This document shows, piece by piece, positions 52,595 through 60,895 of a stretch of DNA of 64,000 bases; the first letter of the stretch is position 1, and each line of letters begins with the position of its first letter. A model generated the notes under the pieces. That model worked only from the letters and a program-made list of their open reading frames with translations. It ran no database searches and had not been told where the DNA came from. The DNA is taken from positions 52,517-116,516 of the forward strand of contig JAYPPT010000002.1 of assembly GCA_038131655.1 (NCBI GenBank). The letters run 5' to 3'. The translations under genes and the position numbers were made by a program. Source of the stretch: Alphaproteobacteria bacterium. GTDB taxonomy: Bacteria; Pseudomonadota; Alphaproteobacteria; SMXQ01.

Positions 52595-53908
52595 ATGAGT
52601 AAATTCCATCATCTGGCCCGCATTCCTGCCTTTGCGGGTGTCGCGGCCCTTGTCGGGGCTGCTGCCCTGGCGCTTCCCTCAAATCCGGCATCGGCGGAAA
52701 TGTTTTCCGGCAAGACCGTTCGCGTGCTTATCGGCTACGCCGCCGGTGGCGGCTACGACCGTTACGGTCGCCAGGTCGCGCGCCATATCGGCAAGTACCT
52801 GCCGGGCAAGCCCAATGTCGTCGCCGTGAATATGCCGGGCGCGGGCAGTTACAAGGTGGTCAACTACATCTACAACACTGCGCCGAAGGACGGCACGGAG
52901 TTCGCGATTTTTGCCCGCTCCGTGCCCATTCTTGCGTTTTCGGGCAAGTTCGACAAAACCCGCTTTGATCCGCTGAAGCTGACCTGGATCGGCACGTCGT
53001 CCAGCTACAAGGGCGAAGCCTATCTTGTGGTGGTGCGCAAGGACACCGGCGTGAAAAATATCGAGGATCTTCGCAAGATCAAGAAGACGGTAATGTTCTC
53101 GGCCACGGCTTTCGGTTCCGACGGTACCGACGTGCCGATCGTGCTGCGTGAAGTGCTTGGCCTCAATGTTCAGGCGTTGCGCGGTTACCCTGGCGGCAAC
53201 TCGCTTTACCTTGCGGTGGACCGTGGCGAGACCCAGGGACGCATGGTCGGCTACGCCTCGGTCAAGACGGCGCATCCCGAATGGCTGAAGCCGGACAGCC
53301 CGATCAATGTCGTGCTGCAATTCGCCACGCGCGAGCGTCTGCCCGCCTTCCCCAATGCGCCGACGGCTTACGAGCTTGCCCGCAACGACGCGGACCGTGC
53401 GTTGATCGACATGCTGGAAGCGCCGTTCTACATGGCGCGCCCGTTCGCGGGCCCGCCTGGCATGCCGGCGGCGAATACCTCGGCGGTGCGCGCGGCCTTC
53501 ATGGCGGCGCATGAGGACCCGGTGTACAAGAAGGAAGCGAAGAAGTTGCGCTTGCTCACCAGTCCCCAGGACGGTGCCACCGTGCAGAACCTGGTGGCCA
53601 AGCTCGGCAAGATGTCGCCGGACCTTTATGCGCGTTACACGCGAATCCTGAAGAACCCGGATTCCCCGGTCCGCGTCATCAAGTGGGTCAAGTTTTCCGG
53701 CAAGATCTCGAAAACCGGCAAGAAGGGCCGCTTCGTGGTCAAGACCGCCGAGGGCAAGAGCCACAAGCTGCGTGCCCGCGGCAGCTACACCAAGATCAAG
53801 ATCAACGGCAAGAAAGCCAAGTCAAAGGCGCTCAAGAAGGGCATGGAGTGCAATGTCTGGTGGGAAGGTCCGAAGACCACGCCCGGCCGGGTAGAGTGCA
53901 CGAAGTAA
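52595..53908 (+). CDS. TctC/Bug-family binding protein with Cys-pair C-terminal extension (paralog B3)
   Basis: Motifs GYAAGGGYDRYGR and NMPGAGSYKVVNY. C-terminus ...KIKINGKKAKSKALKKGMECNVWWEGPKTTPGRVECTK. Confidence 0.75.
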   Translation: MSKFHHLARIPAFAGVAALVGAAALALPSNPASAEMFSGKTVRVLIGYAAGGGYDRYGRQVARHIGKYLPGKPNVVAVNMPGAGSYKVVNYIYNTAPKDGTEFAIFARSVPILAFSGKFDKTRFDPLKLTWIGTSSSYKGEAYLVVVRKDTGVKNIEDLRKIKKTVMFSATAFGSDGTDVPIVLREVLGLNVQALRGYPGGNSLYLAVDRGETQGRMVGYASVKTAHPEWLKPDSPINVVLQFATRERLPAFPNAPTAYELARNDADRALIDMLEAPFYMARPFAGPPGMPAANTSAVRAAFMAAHEDPVYKKEAKKLRLLTSPQDGATVQNLVAKLGKMSPDLYARYTRILKNPDSPVRVIKWVKFSGKISKTGKKGRFVVKTAEGKSHKLRARGSYTKIKINGKKAKSKALKKGMECNVWWEGPKTTPGRVECTK

Positions 53909-53931
53909 CGTTCTGCGCTTGAAGTCATTGA

Positions 53932-53962
53932 GGGCGCGGGTTTTGGCCCGCGCCCTTTTTTT
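53932..53962. terminator. Bidirectional Rho-independent terminator between paralog B3 and the convergent UbiD-family gene
   Basis: gggcgcggg-ttttgg-cccgcgccc followed by ttttttt. Confidence 0.6.
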
Positions 53963-53964
53963 GC

Positions 53965-55416
53965 CTAGAGCCCGAACTTGTCGCGCACCTTGGCGCGCAT
54001 GTCGTCGGAGAACACGTTGACGGCCGGGAATTCGTCGCGCCAGCGGTAGGGGCGGCAGGCATCGATCAGGACCCGGTCCATGGTGTAGCCGTGGGGCGAG
54101 CGGTCATCGGGGGCGATGGCCGGATCGGCGGGCGATGTCCAGACGCTCTTGACGATATCCACGCCTTCACGCGGATTGCAGCGGGTGGCGACGGCCCAGA
54201 TGACATCGTTGATGTTCGACGCCTCGACATCGTCGTCGACGACGATGACGAACTTGCCGCCGTAGGCCCCGGCGCGGGCCGAAGTCGCGGCCAGCGCGGT
54301 CTGCTTGGCGTGCCCGGCATAGGACTGGCGGATGGAGACCACGGTGAAGGGACCGGATTGCCCGCCGTAGATATGACCCCAGACGCCGGTGATGCCGGGA
54401 ATGCCGGCGGCCTCAAGCTGGTCCCACAGTTGCGCCGCGCCCAGCGGCACGGAAATGTAATTGTTGGGCGGCTTCAGCGGCGGCACGCCGAGGATGATCG
54501 GCTCATCCCGCCAATAGGCCGCCTTGACGTGCATCAGCGGCACTTCGCCGGTGGTGGTGTCGGCGAAATAGCCGGGCCATTCGCCGAAGGGGCCTTCCTT
54601 GGGCAGCACCTCGTCGCTCGGCGGCGGCACCTCGCCCTCGATCACGATCTCGGCGCTGGCGGGAATAGGCAGGCCATAAAGCGGGCTGGCGACGGTTTCC
54701 ACCGGCGCGCCCTGCAGCCAGCCGGCGATTTCATATTCCTTCTCGCCGGGCGCGACGGGCAGTTGCGCGGCCAGGAAGATCGAGGTCGCGTGGCCGAAGC
54801 TGATGGCCACGGGGCAGGCTTCGCCCCGCGCGTGGTAGGCGTCCATCGCCAGGCGCCCGTGCTTGCCCTTGTTCATCTTGACGCTGATGCGGTCCTTGCC
54901 CTGCACCATGCAGCGGTAGGTGCCGATATTGACCTGGCCGCTGTCGGGGTCGCGGGTGATGACCGCCGATCCGGTGCCGAGATAGCGTCCGCCGTCGTGT
55001 TCGTGCCAGATGGGGGCGGGAAAGATGCCGAGATCAAGCGCCGCACCCTCGGCGCGGTTCTCGAACACCGGGCCGTCCTTGACCATCACCGGGGCGATGG
55101 GTTTCTTCTCGCGGATACGCTGGCGCCAGGCGTTGAGCAGGCCAACCCCGGAAAGCGTGTCCGGCAGTCCCAGGCTGGCGGCGGCGCGGGCGTGGGTGCG
55201 AAAGACGTTGGAAAAGACCCGGAAGCCCTTGGGGTAATCCTTGATCTCGTCGAACAGGAGGGCAGGGCCTTCTTCCTCGCCCAGGATTTCGGTCACGGCG
55301 CCGATTTCAAGTTTCCAGTCGGCGCCCTTGATTTCCCGCAGGTCGCCGCTCTCGCGCAGTTCCGCGATAAAGGCGCGCAGGTCGCTTTGCCGGTTGCTTC
55401 GGTTGTTCGCGCTCAT
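53965..55416 (-). CDS. UbiD-family (prFMN-dependent) decarboxylase
   Basis: Start at MSANNRS. ~483 aa. UbiD-type body (…PGYFADTTTGEVPLMHV…, …FVIVVDDDVE…). Confidence 0.8.
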   Translation of the reverse strand: MSANNRSNRQSDLRAFIAELRESGDLREIKGADWKLEIGAVTEILGEEEGPALLFDEIKDYPKGFRVFSNVFRTHARAAASLGLPDTLSGVGLLNAWRQRIREKKPIAPVMVKDGPVFENRAEGAALDLGIFPAPIWHEHDGGRYLGTGSAVITRDPDSGQVNIGTYRCMVQGKDRISVKMNKGKHGRLAMDAYHARGEACPVAISFGHATSIFLAAQLPVAPGEKEYEIAGWLQGAPVETVASPLYGLPIPASAEIVIEGEVPPPSDEVLPKEGPFGEWPGYFADTTTGEVPLMHVKAAYWRDEPIILGVPPLKPPNNYISVPLGAAQLWDQLEAAGIPGITGVWGHIYGGQSGPFTVVSIRQSYAGHAKQTALAATSARAGAYGGKFVIVVDDDVEASNINDVIWAVATRCNPREGVDIVKSVWTSPADPAIAPDDRSPHGYTMDRVLIDACRPYRWRDEFPAVNVFSDDMRAKVRDKFGL

Positions 55417-55447
55417 TGCATCCCCCCTGCACCGGCGCGTTCCCGCC

Positions 55448-56929
55448 TCAGCTCGAGGCGGGAAACACCAGCGATTTGATGACCACGGGTACCGCACCGG
55501 ACGAAGGAATAAGTTCGCCGATGTCGATGTAGTCGAATTCCTTGAGCTCGATCCCATCAATGGACACGACAGCATCGTCGAGCTGAATTTCCTCGGTCAT
55601 GTGCAGCCCGAGAAGGCCGCCGATATCGCTGTCGTTGACCATGATCAACGGATGGCCCTTTTCGCAATGCTTCTTCAGTCCGGCGACGACGCCGGTGCAG
55701 AAATCGTGCAGCCGCTTGAAGGTTGCCGAGCCGCCCCACTTGAACGAAACCGCCACCGGCTGCTCCGCGTCCGTCAGGTCTAGGCGTGTCAGCGATGCCT
55801 CGATTTCCTGGGCGACCTTGGCCGGGTCGATTTCCTCGGCCGTGAGGTCGATATCGGGCGCGATCACCGGCACGTTGCGAATAGGCACGGCGCTGGTCGG
55901 GTTGATGAAGATCGTGTTGCCCGACACCTGCACGGTGTATTGCGATGCGCCGATGACGGTCGCGCGAATGGTGGCCTTGGGTTCGTGAATCTTGATGCCG
56001 AGCGCATCCACCGCCTTGCGGATGGCCTTGGCTACGAAGGGGCCGAGGTCGCCAAAAGCTGTCGTCGCCTTGTCGTAGATGAATTCCGAAACCCCGCCGG
56101 AAAACGTGATCGCATCCACCTTGCCACGGTAGGTAAGCGGCGGCAGGCGCAGAAGCTTGATGGCTTCGGGCGTCATGTCTTTCAGGGTCACGACCTCCAT
56201 CAGACGCGCGATCATGCGATCGACAAATGCCTGAAGTTGGGTGTCCGTCGGCTTGACGCCGAATCCGATTTCAATGCCCGCTTCCTTGGCATAGGTATGG
56301 GCGGCGTCTTCGATGCGGTTGATCTTGCCGTCGTCGTCCATGGCCAGAAGCCGGGCGCCGACGTCAATGGCGGTGACTTCGTGAACCTTGCCGCCTTCAC
56401 AGATAGCGACCTTGGAGGTGCCGCCGCCGATATCGATGTTCATCACCACGCCATCGAGCGACGCAGACAACGCCACCGCGCCGGAACCATGGGCCGCCAT
56501 GGTGGTTTCCAGCCCGTCACCGGCCGAAACCGCGACGAACTTTCCGGCATCGGCCGCGAACAGGTCGGCAATGGCGCGGGCATTGCTGCGGCGCACGGCA
56601 ACGCCGGTGAGGATCAGGGCGCCGGTGTCGATATCCGACCGCTTGAGGCCGCTTTTCGTATAGCAGCCGTCAATGAATGATCCCAGCGCGTCCGAATCGA
56701 TCACCTCGCCGTCCACATAGGGGGTGAGCAGGATGTCGGATTCGGCCAGAATTTCGCGCTCTACGATCTTGTAGCGCGAGCCGATGCATTCCATGTGCAG
56801 GCGCGAGAAAACCAGGTGCGACGTGGACGAACCGATGTCCACGCCGACGCTGGTCAGGTCGAATTCACCTTCGTCAACGATGTGCCGCTCGGCGCTGGTG
56901 AACGCCGCGCGAATCTCTCTCTGTGCCAT
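55448..56929 (-). CDS. EutA-family ASKHA ATPase (ethanolamine ammonia-lyase reactivase-like)
   Basis: 493 aa. SVGVDIGSSTSHLVFSRL and NIDIGGGTSKVAI are collinear with EutA phosphate-binding motifs. Confidence 0.7.
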   Translation of the reverse strand: MAQREIRAAFTSAERHIVDEGEFDLTSVGVDIGSSTSHLVFSRLHMECIGSRYKIVEREILAESDILLTPYVDGEVIDSDALGSFIDGCYTKSGLKRSDIDTGALILTGVAVRRSNARAIADLFAADAGKFVAVSAGDGLETTMAAHGSGAVALSASLDGVVMNIDIGGGTSKVAICEGGKVHEVTAIDVGARLLAMDDDGKINRIEDAAHTYAKEAGIEIGFGVKPTDTQLQAFVDRMIARLMEVVTLKDMTPEAIKLLRLPPLTYRGKVDAITFSGGVSEFIYDKATTAFGDLGPFVAKAIRKAVDALGIKIHEPKATIRATVIGASQYTVQVSGNTIFINPTSAVPIRNVPVIAPDIDLTAEEIDPAKVAQEIEASLTRLDLTDAEQPVAVSFKWGGSATFKRLHDFCTGVVAGLKKHCEKGHPLIMVNDSDIGGLLGLHMTEEIQLDDAVVSIDGIELKEFDYIDIGELIPSSGAVPVVIKSLVFPASS

Positions 56930-56932
56930 ACG

Positions 56933-58162
56933 CTACTCGGCGGCTTTGTTCGGCGCGACGTAGAGCTCCGGCTCCATGCGGGACTTGCCGCCGTCTTCCG
57001 CGAGGGTCGATTCGAATTCCTTGCGGAGATACGGGTCTTCCATGTCGTAGGGAATGGCCGTGCCGCCGTCGCGGATATCGATGGCGCCGTAGTCGTTCAT
57101 CTGGCTGCCGGGCGCACCGGAGCGGGAGTTCTTGCCCGGATGGACGGGGCCGAACCACGCGGTCAGGCGCAGCGGGCCGGACGACACGCCGAAGTGCTGG
57201 TGATACCACTCGCCGCCCATGGGCGCGGCGGTGACCATGCCCACCGGCTCGTAATCCTGGCGCATAACCTCGGCGGCCTTGCCGTCCTTCCATGGCGTCG
57301 GGCCAAGGCGGTCGGGCCAAGTGTAAGTGTAGCCCTTGCCCTTGAGGCAGATCAGCACCGCCGCCGAACCGTGGGCGTGGGCCTTCGAATAGCGGCCGGT
57401 TTCATGCTGGGCGATCCACAGGTAGAAATTCTGGCGCGCCATGTGCGGCTCGATCCGGCGATAGCCCGGCGAGCGACGGTTATCCAGCGGCAGTTCGCAG
57501 TTGATGACATCGGGCAGGATGTTGGTCTGCTTCATCGCCAGGCCGCGAATGGGATCGGCGAAGATGTCGTCGTTGGGCTTGTAGTAGTCCTCGGCGTTCG
57601 GATCGAAGCGGTCGCGGAAGGCGTAGGGGCAGTTGAAGATGAAATCCGCGTTGCGGTAGGTGTTGAACGCTTCCGGCGCGAGCGAGCCGCCGAGCAGCTT
57701 TGCCGGCTGCGACGACGCGTTGATCAGGCGGTACTTGGCGTTCAGCGGAATGGCGAACATCGAACCGGCCTGCCATTCGAACACGTGCTTTTTCGTTTCG
57801 TCGCCGTCTTCCCAGACCTCGGTGGTGCCGCGGCCTTCGATCACCAGGAACTGCTGTTCGTAGATGTGCTTGACCGCGTTGGTCGCCCCGGCACCGGGAA
57901 CTTCCAGCACGAACGATCCCCACAGGCCTTCGGTGCCCCAAAGCTGGATGAAAGTGCCGCGCCCGCCGTAGAACTTCCAGTCGCCGAGCGGCAGATCCTG
58001 GCAGCGCTGCACGCCGAGGCCGCGGAAGCACGGGATGCACTGGGCTTCCATCCAGTCGTCATAAGGCAGATTGGGCCGTTCGAAGGTGCCGAAGCCGGAC
58101 TTCTTCTTGTTGTCCGTCGGTTCGGTCCAGTGGATGTGTTCATCGGGCATGTCGTGCGGCAT
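56933..58162 (-). CDS. Bicupin protein (gentisate/ring-cleaving dioxygenase-like)
   Basis: 409 aa with two cupin modules (…HAHGSAAVLICLKGKGYT… and …EWYHQHFG…). It lies 3 nt upstream of the EutA-like gene, suggesting an operon. Confidence 0.55.
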   Translation of the reverse strand: MPHDMPDEHIHWTEPTDNKKKSGFGTFERPNLPYDDWMEAQCIPCFRGLGVQRCQDLPLGDWKFYGGRGTFIQLWGTEGLWGSFVLEVPGAGATNAVKHIYEQQFLVIEGRGTTEVWEDGDETKKHVFEWQAGSMFAIPLNAKYRLINASSQPAKLLGGSLAPEAFNTYRNADFIFNCPYAFRDRFDPNAEDYYKPNDDIFADPIRGLAMKQTNILPDVINCELPLDNRRSPGYRRIEPHMARQNFYLWIAQHETGRYSKAHAHGSAAVLICLKGKGYTYTWPDRLGPTPWKDGKAAEVMRQDYEPVGMVTAAPMGGEWYHQHFGVSSGPLRLTAWFGPVHPGKNSRSGAPGSQMNDYGAIDIRDGGTAIPYDMEDPYLRKEFESTLAEDGGKSRMEPELYVAPNKAAE

Positions 58163-58356
58163 TGCAATCTCCTAGGGAGCCCCGTTTCGGGGTGGATGGA
58201 CTGAGTCGTGAAAAGGCGGGGCGGCGCCGCATTGGGGCGCCGCCGGTGGCGCGATTTTAGCCCCCGGATGGCCCGCCCGCAACCGCGCCCCTGCGGGTGC
58301 GGTTTGCGTTGCCGCCGCCATGGGCCATAATCGGCCAAAATCGGCAGGGGGCACCG

Positions 58357-59511
58357 GTGAGCTTCGAATTACCCGAGGAATTGCGCATTCTCAAAGCCAG
58401 TGTCCGGCGTTTCGTGGACGAGGAAATGATTCCCCTCGAAGGCAAGACGCTGGAGGCGGGCCGTCTGCGTCCCGGTTACCTGGAACATTTCTGCGACAAG
58501 GCCAAGGCGCTGGGCCTGTGGCTGATCGACGTGCCGGAGGAATTCGGCGGTCAGGGCCTCGGCCTTCTTGCCCGCGCGGTGGTATGGGAAGAACTGGGCC
58601 GCACGGTGGCCCTGCCGACGCGGGGCGTCAGCATCCTTGGCCCTGATGTGCGCCCGATCCTCTATGCCCTTGATGCGGAAATGCGTGAACGCTATCTGTT
58701 TCCCGTCATTCGCGGCGAAAAAACCTGCTGCTTTGTCCAGACGGAGCCCGATTCCGGCTCCGACCCCGGTTCGATGCGGACCACCGCGGTGCGCGATGGC
58801 GACGATTACGTCATCAACGGCGTCAAGCGATTCATCACCGGCGCCGATCACGCCGATTTCGCCCAGGTCATGGCGGCAACGGAGCGGGAGAAGGGGTCGC
58901 GCGGCGGGATTTCGTGTTTCCTGGTGGACATGGATACGCCCGGCATCCGGCTTTCGGCCCAGTACCACACCATGACCGAGGAAGGCCCGTGGGAAATCGT
59001 TTTCGACGACGTGCGCGTGCCCGCGCGCAATCTCGTCGGCGAGGAGGGCAAGGGCTTTGCCTTGGGACAGAAGTGGCTCAGCGTCGGACGCATCAAGCAG
59101 GGCGCGCGGGCGCTCGGCGTCACGGAACGCTGTCTTGAACTCGGCACGGCTTACGCCAAGCAGCGCGTGACCTTTGGCCGGCCCCTGGCGGATCGCCAGG
59201 GCATCCAGTGGATGCTGGCGGAAACGGCGGTCAAGCTGACGGCGGCGCGGCTGATGATTTACCGCGCGGCGGCGCGCGCGGACGCCGGGGTCGAGGACCG
59301 GGTTGAGCCCTATATGGCCAAGCTGTTCGGGACCGAAATGGCTTACCGCGCGGCGGACGAATGCCTGCAAATCCACGGCGGCATCGGCCTGACCAAGGAT
59401 CTGCCGGTGGAACGCCTGTTCCGCGACCAGCGCAGCCACCTCATTACCGAAGGCACCCCGGAAATGATGCGGATGGTGATCGCCCGTCAGGTCCTGCGGG
59501 CTTCGTCCTAG
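58357..59511 (+). CDS. Acyl-CoA dehydrogenase family protein
   Basis: GTG start after AGGGGG. ACAD motifs including a C-terminal catalytic-Glu region (…QIHGGIGLTKDLPVERLFRD…). Confidence 0.85.
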   Translation: MSFELPEELRILKASVRRFVDEEMIPLEGKTLEAGRLRPGYLEHFCDKAKALGLWLIDVPEEFGGQGLGLLARAVVWEELGRTVALPTRGVSILGPDVRPILYALDAEMRERYLFPVIRGEKTCCFVQTEPDSGSDPGSMRTTAVRDGDDYVINGVKRFITGADHADFAQVMAATEREKGSRGGISCFLVDMDTPGIRLSAQYHTMTEEGPWEIVFDDVRVPARNLVGEEGKGFALGQKWLSVGRIKQGARALGVTERCLELGTAYAKQRVTFGRPLADRQGIQWMLAETAVKLTAARLMIYRAAARADAGVEDRVEPYMAKLFGTEMAYRAADECLQIHGGIGLTKDLPVERLFRDQRSHLITEGTPEMMRMVIARQVLRASS

Positions 59512-60149
59512 AAGCGGTAGCCGAACCCGACCGAAAACACCTAGGGATTGAGATCGACGCCCGGCGCGTTGATGCCACCGTTGTTCACGGTGATATCGGT
59601 ATCGACGTAAATCTTCTTGATGTCGAAGTTGAGCGACCAGCGGTCGTCCAGGGCGACATCAAGACCTGCCTGAAAAGCGTAGCCGAGCGAATCCTTGTAT
59701 TTCACGGCTGTCAGTCCGGGGCCCTTGTCCACGTCATAGAACATGACATAGCTGAGTCCGGCGCCGATATAGGGGCTGAACTTGGCCTTGGGCGTGAAGT
59801 GGTATTGCAGCGTCAGCACGGGCGGCAACAGCGAAACCTCGCCCAGGTCCACGTCGCCGGAGGTGCTGTTCAAAACCGAAGCGCGATGGCGCGTGGTCGC
59901 CAGGATCAGTTCGGCGGCGATGTTGTCGGTTAAGAAGTAGGTGAAGTCCACCTCGGGCACGGTGTCCTGGTTGACCTTGGCGGCGCCGCCGATTTCGCGC
60001 GTCGTGCCGTTTGTTTCAGGCGCCAGGCTCGCCATGCGCAGGCGTACCAGGAAATCACCGGCCTCCTTGGCAAGGACAGCGCCGGGTGCGGCGAACAGGG
60101 TTGCGGAAACGACGGCGGCGCCCAGCAGGGCGGTAATTTGGCGTGGCAT
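59508..60149 (-). pseudogene. ompW: OmpW-family outer-membrane protein with an in-frame TAG where TGG (Trp) is expected, 12 codons from the end
   Basis: Signal peptide plus OmpW beta-barrel. The ORF stops at ...GVDLNP*. The next codons in the same frame encode VFSVGFGYRF*, the canonical OmpW C-terminal strand. Confidence 0.65.
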
Positions 60150-60361
60150 GAATATCCCTCCGGTAAATGGCCCGCAGAGAATATCATAAGAACTCTAACT
60201 ATTCGATATAAAAGTAATTATATTGATAATAGTTCGCGGGCCTTTATGCCGGTTTTGAGCCCCGACAGGGGCCGGAAAACCCGGTGCCTGTCTCCGGGAT
60301 GTCACGCAACCGTGTTAGGGGAGGCAGGCTGAATATCCTCACGAATCAGGGTGTGTGCTTC

Positions 60362-60889
60362 ATGCAAAATGAGAAGGAAGTGAAATCTCAGGAAATCCCC
60401 ATTCTGCTAGCTTCCCTGCAGGATGTTCGCAATACGATACGTGGTTACGATACCAAGGCACAGATTATCAGTATCGGTTTCATCTTTTCACTGGGATTGA
60501 TCACGACGGTCGGTTCGCTGGCTCCCAAGGCCCCGCAATTTACCCTGGCCCTGGTCATCCTTTCGTGGGTGCTCGGGGTCGTGCCGATCATTATGTTCGG
60601 TTATGTGCTCTATCCATCCCGCAGCATGGCGCCGAAGCTCGGGACGCATATCGATAACCTTCAACGTAGCTATTACCTGCTGGAAGAACGCTATCCCATT
60701 CTTGATGACTTCATCGCTGCATTGAACAGAAGCGATTGGAAGATTGAACTAGCCTACGAAATCCAGAAAAATTCCCTGTTGCGCGACATGAAGCGTCGCC
60801 GTTTCGTGTGGGCGCTGAGGATAGCCGGGGTTTCCTACAGCCTGATGTTCTTGATTCAACTCCTGCGCTCGGAAACCCTGATTTCCTGA
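60362..60889 (+). CDS. Hypothetical small membrane protein (about 3 predicted TM helices) in a low-GC islet
   Basis: MQNEKEVKSQEIPILL... Hydrophobic segments IISIGFIFSLGLITTVGSL, LALVILSWVLGVVPIIMFGYVL and FVWALRIAGVSYSLMFLIQLL. Local GC is far below the window average. No family recognised. Confidence 0.45.
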   Translation: MQNEKEVKSQEIPILLASLQDVRNTIRGYDTKAQIISIGFIFSLGLITTVGSLAPKAPQFTLALVILSWVLGVVPIIMFGYVLYPSRSMAPKLGTHIDNLQRSYYLLEERYPILDDFIAALNRSDWKIELAYEIQKNSLLRDMKRRRFVWALRIAGVSYSLMFLIQLLRSETLIS

Positions 60890-60895
60890 GGGGAT

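Noticed and set aside
43138-53908. C-terminal GMTC motif as a heavy-metal-associated (HMA) copper/mercury-binding site
   Set aside because: HMA domains need MxCxxC with the cysteines 2 residues apart inside a ~70-aa ferredoxin-like fold. Here the second Cys is 14-17 residues downstream, and the surrounding sequence does not resemble HMA.
42286-60300. Classic integrative genomic island at the tRNA-Met
   Set aside because: No integrase, excisionase or transposase is present, and there is no clear direct repeat of the tRNA 3' end at the far boundary. It is kept only as a variable-region hypothesis.
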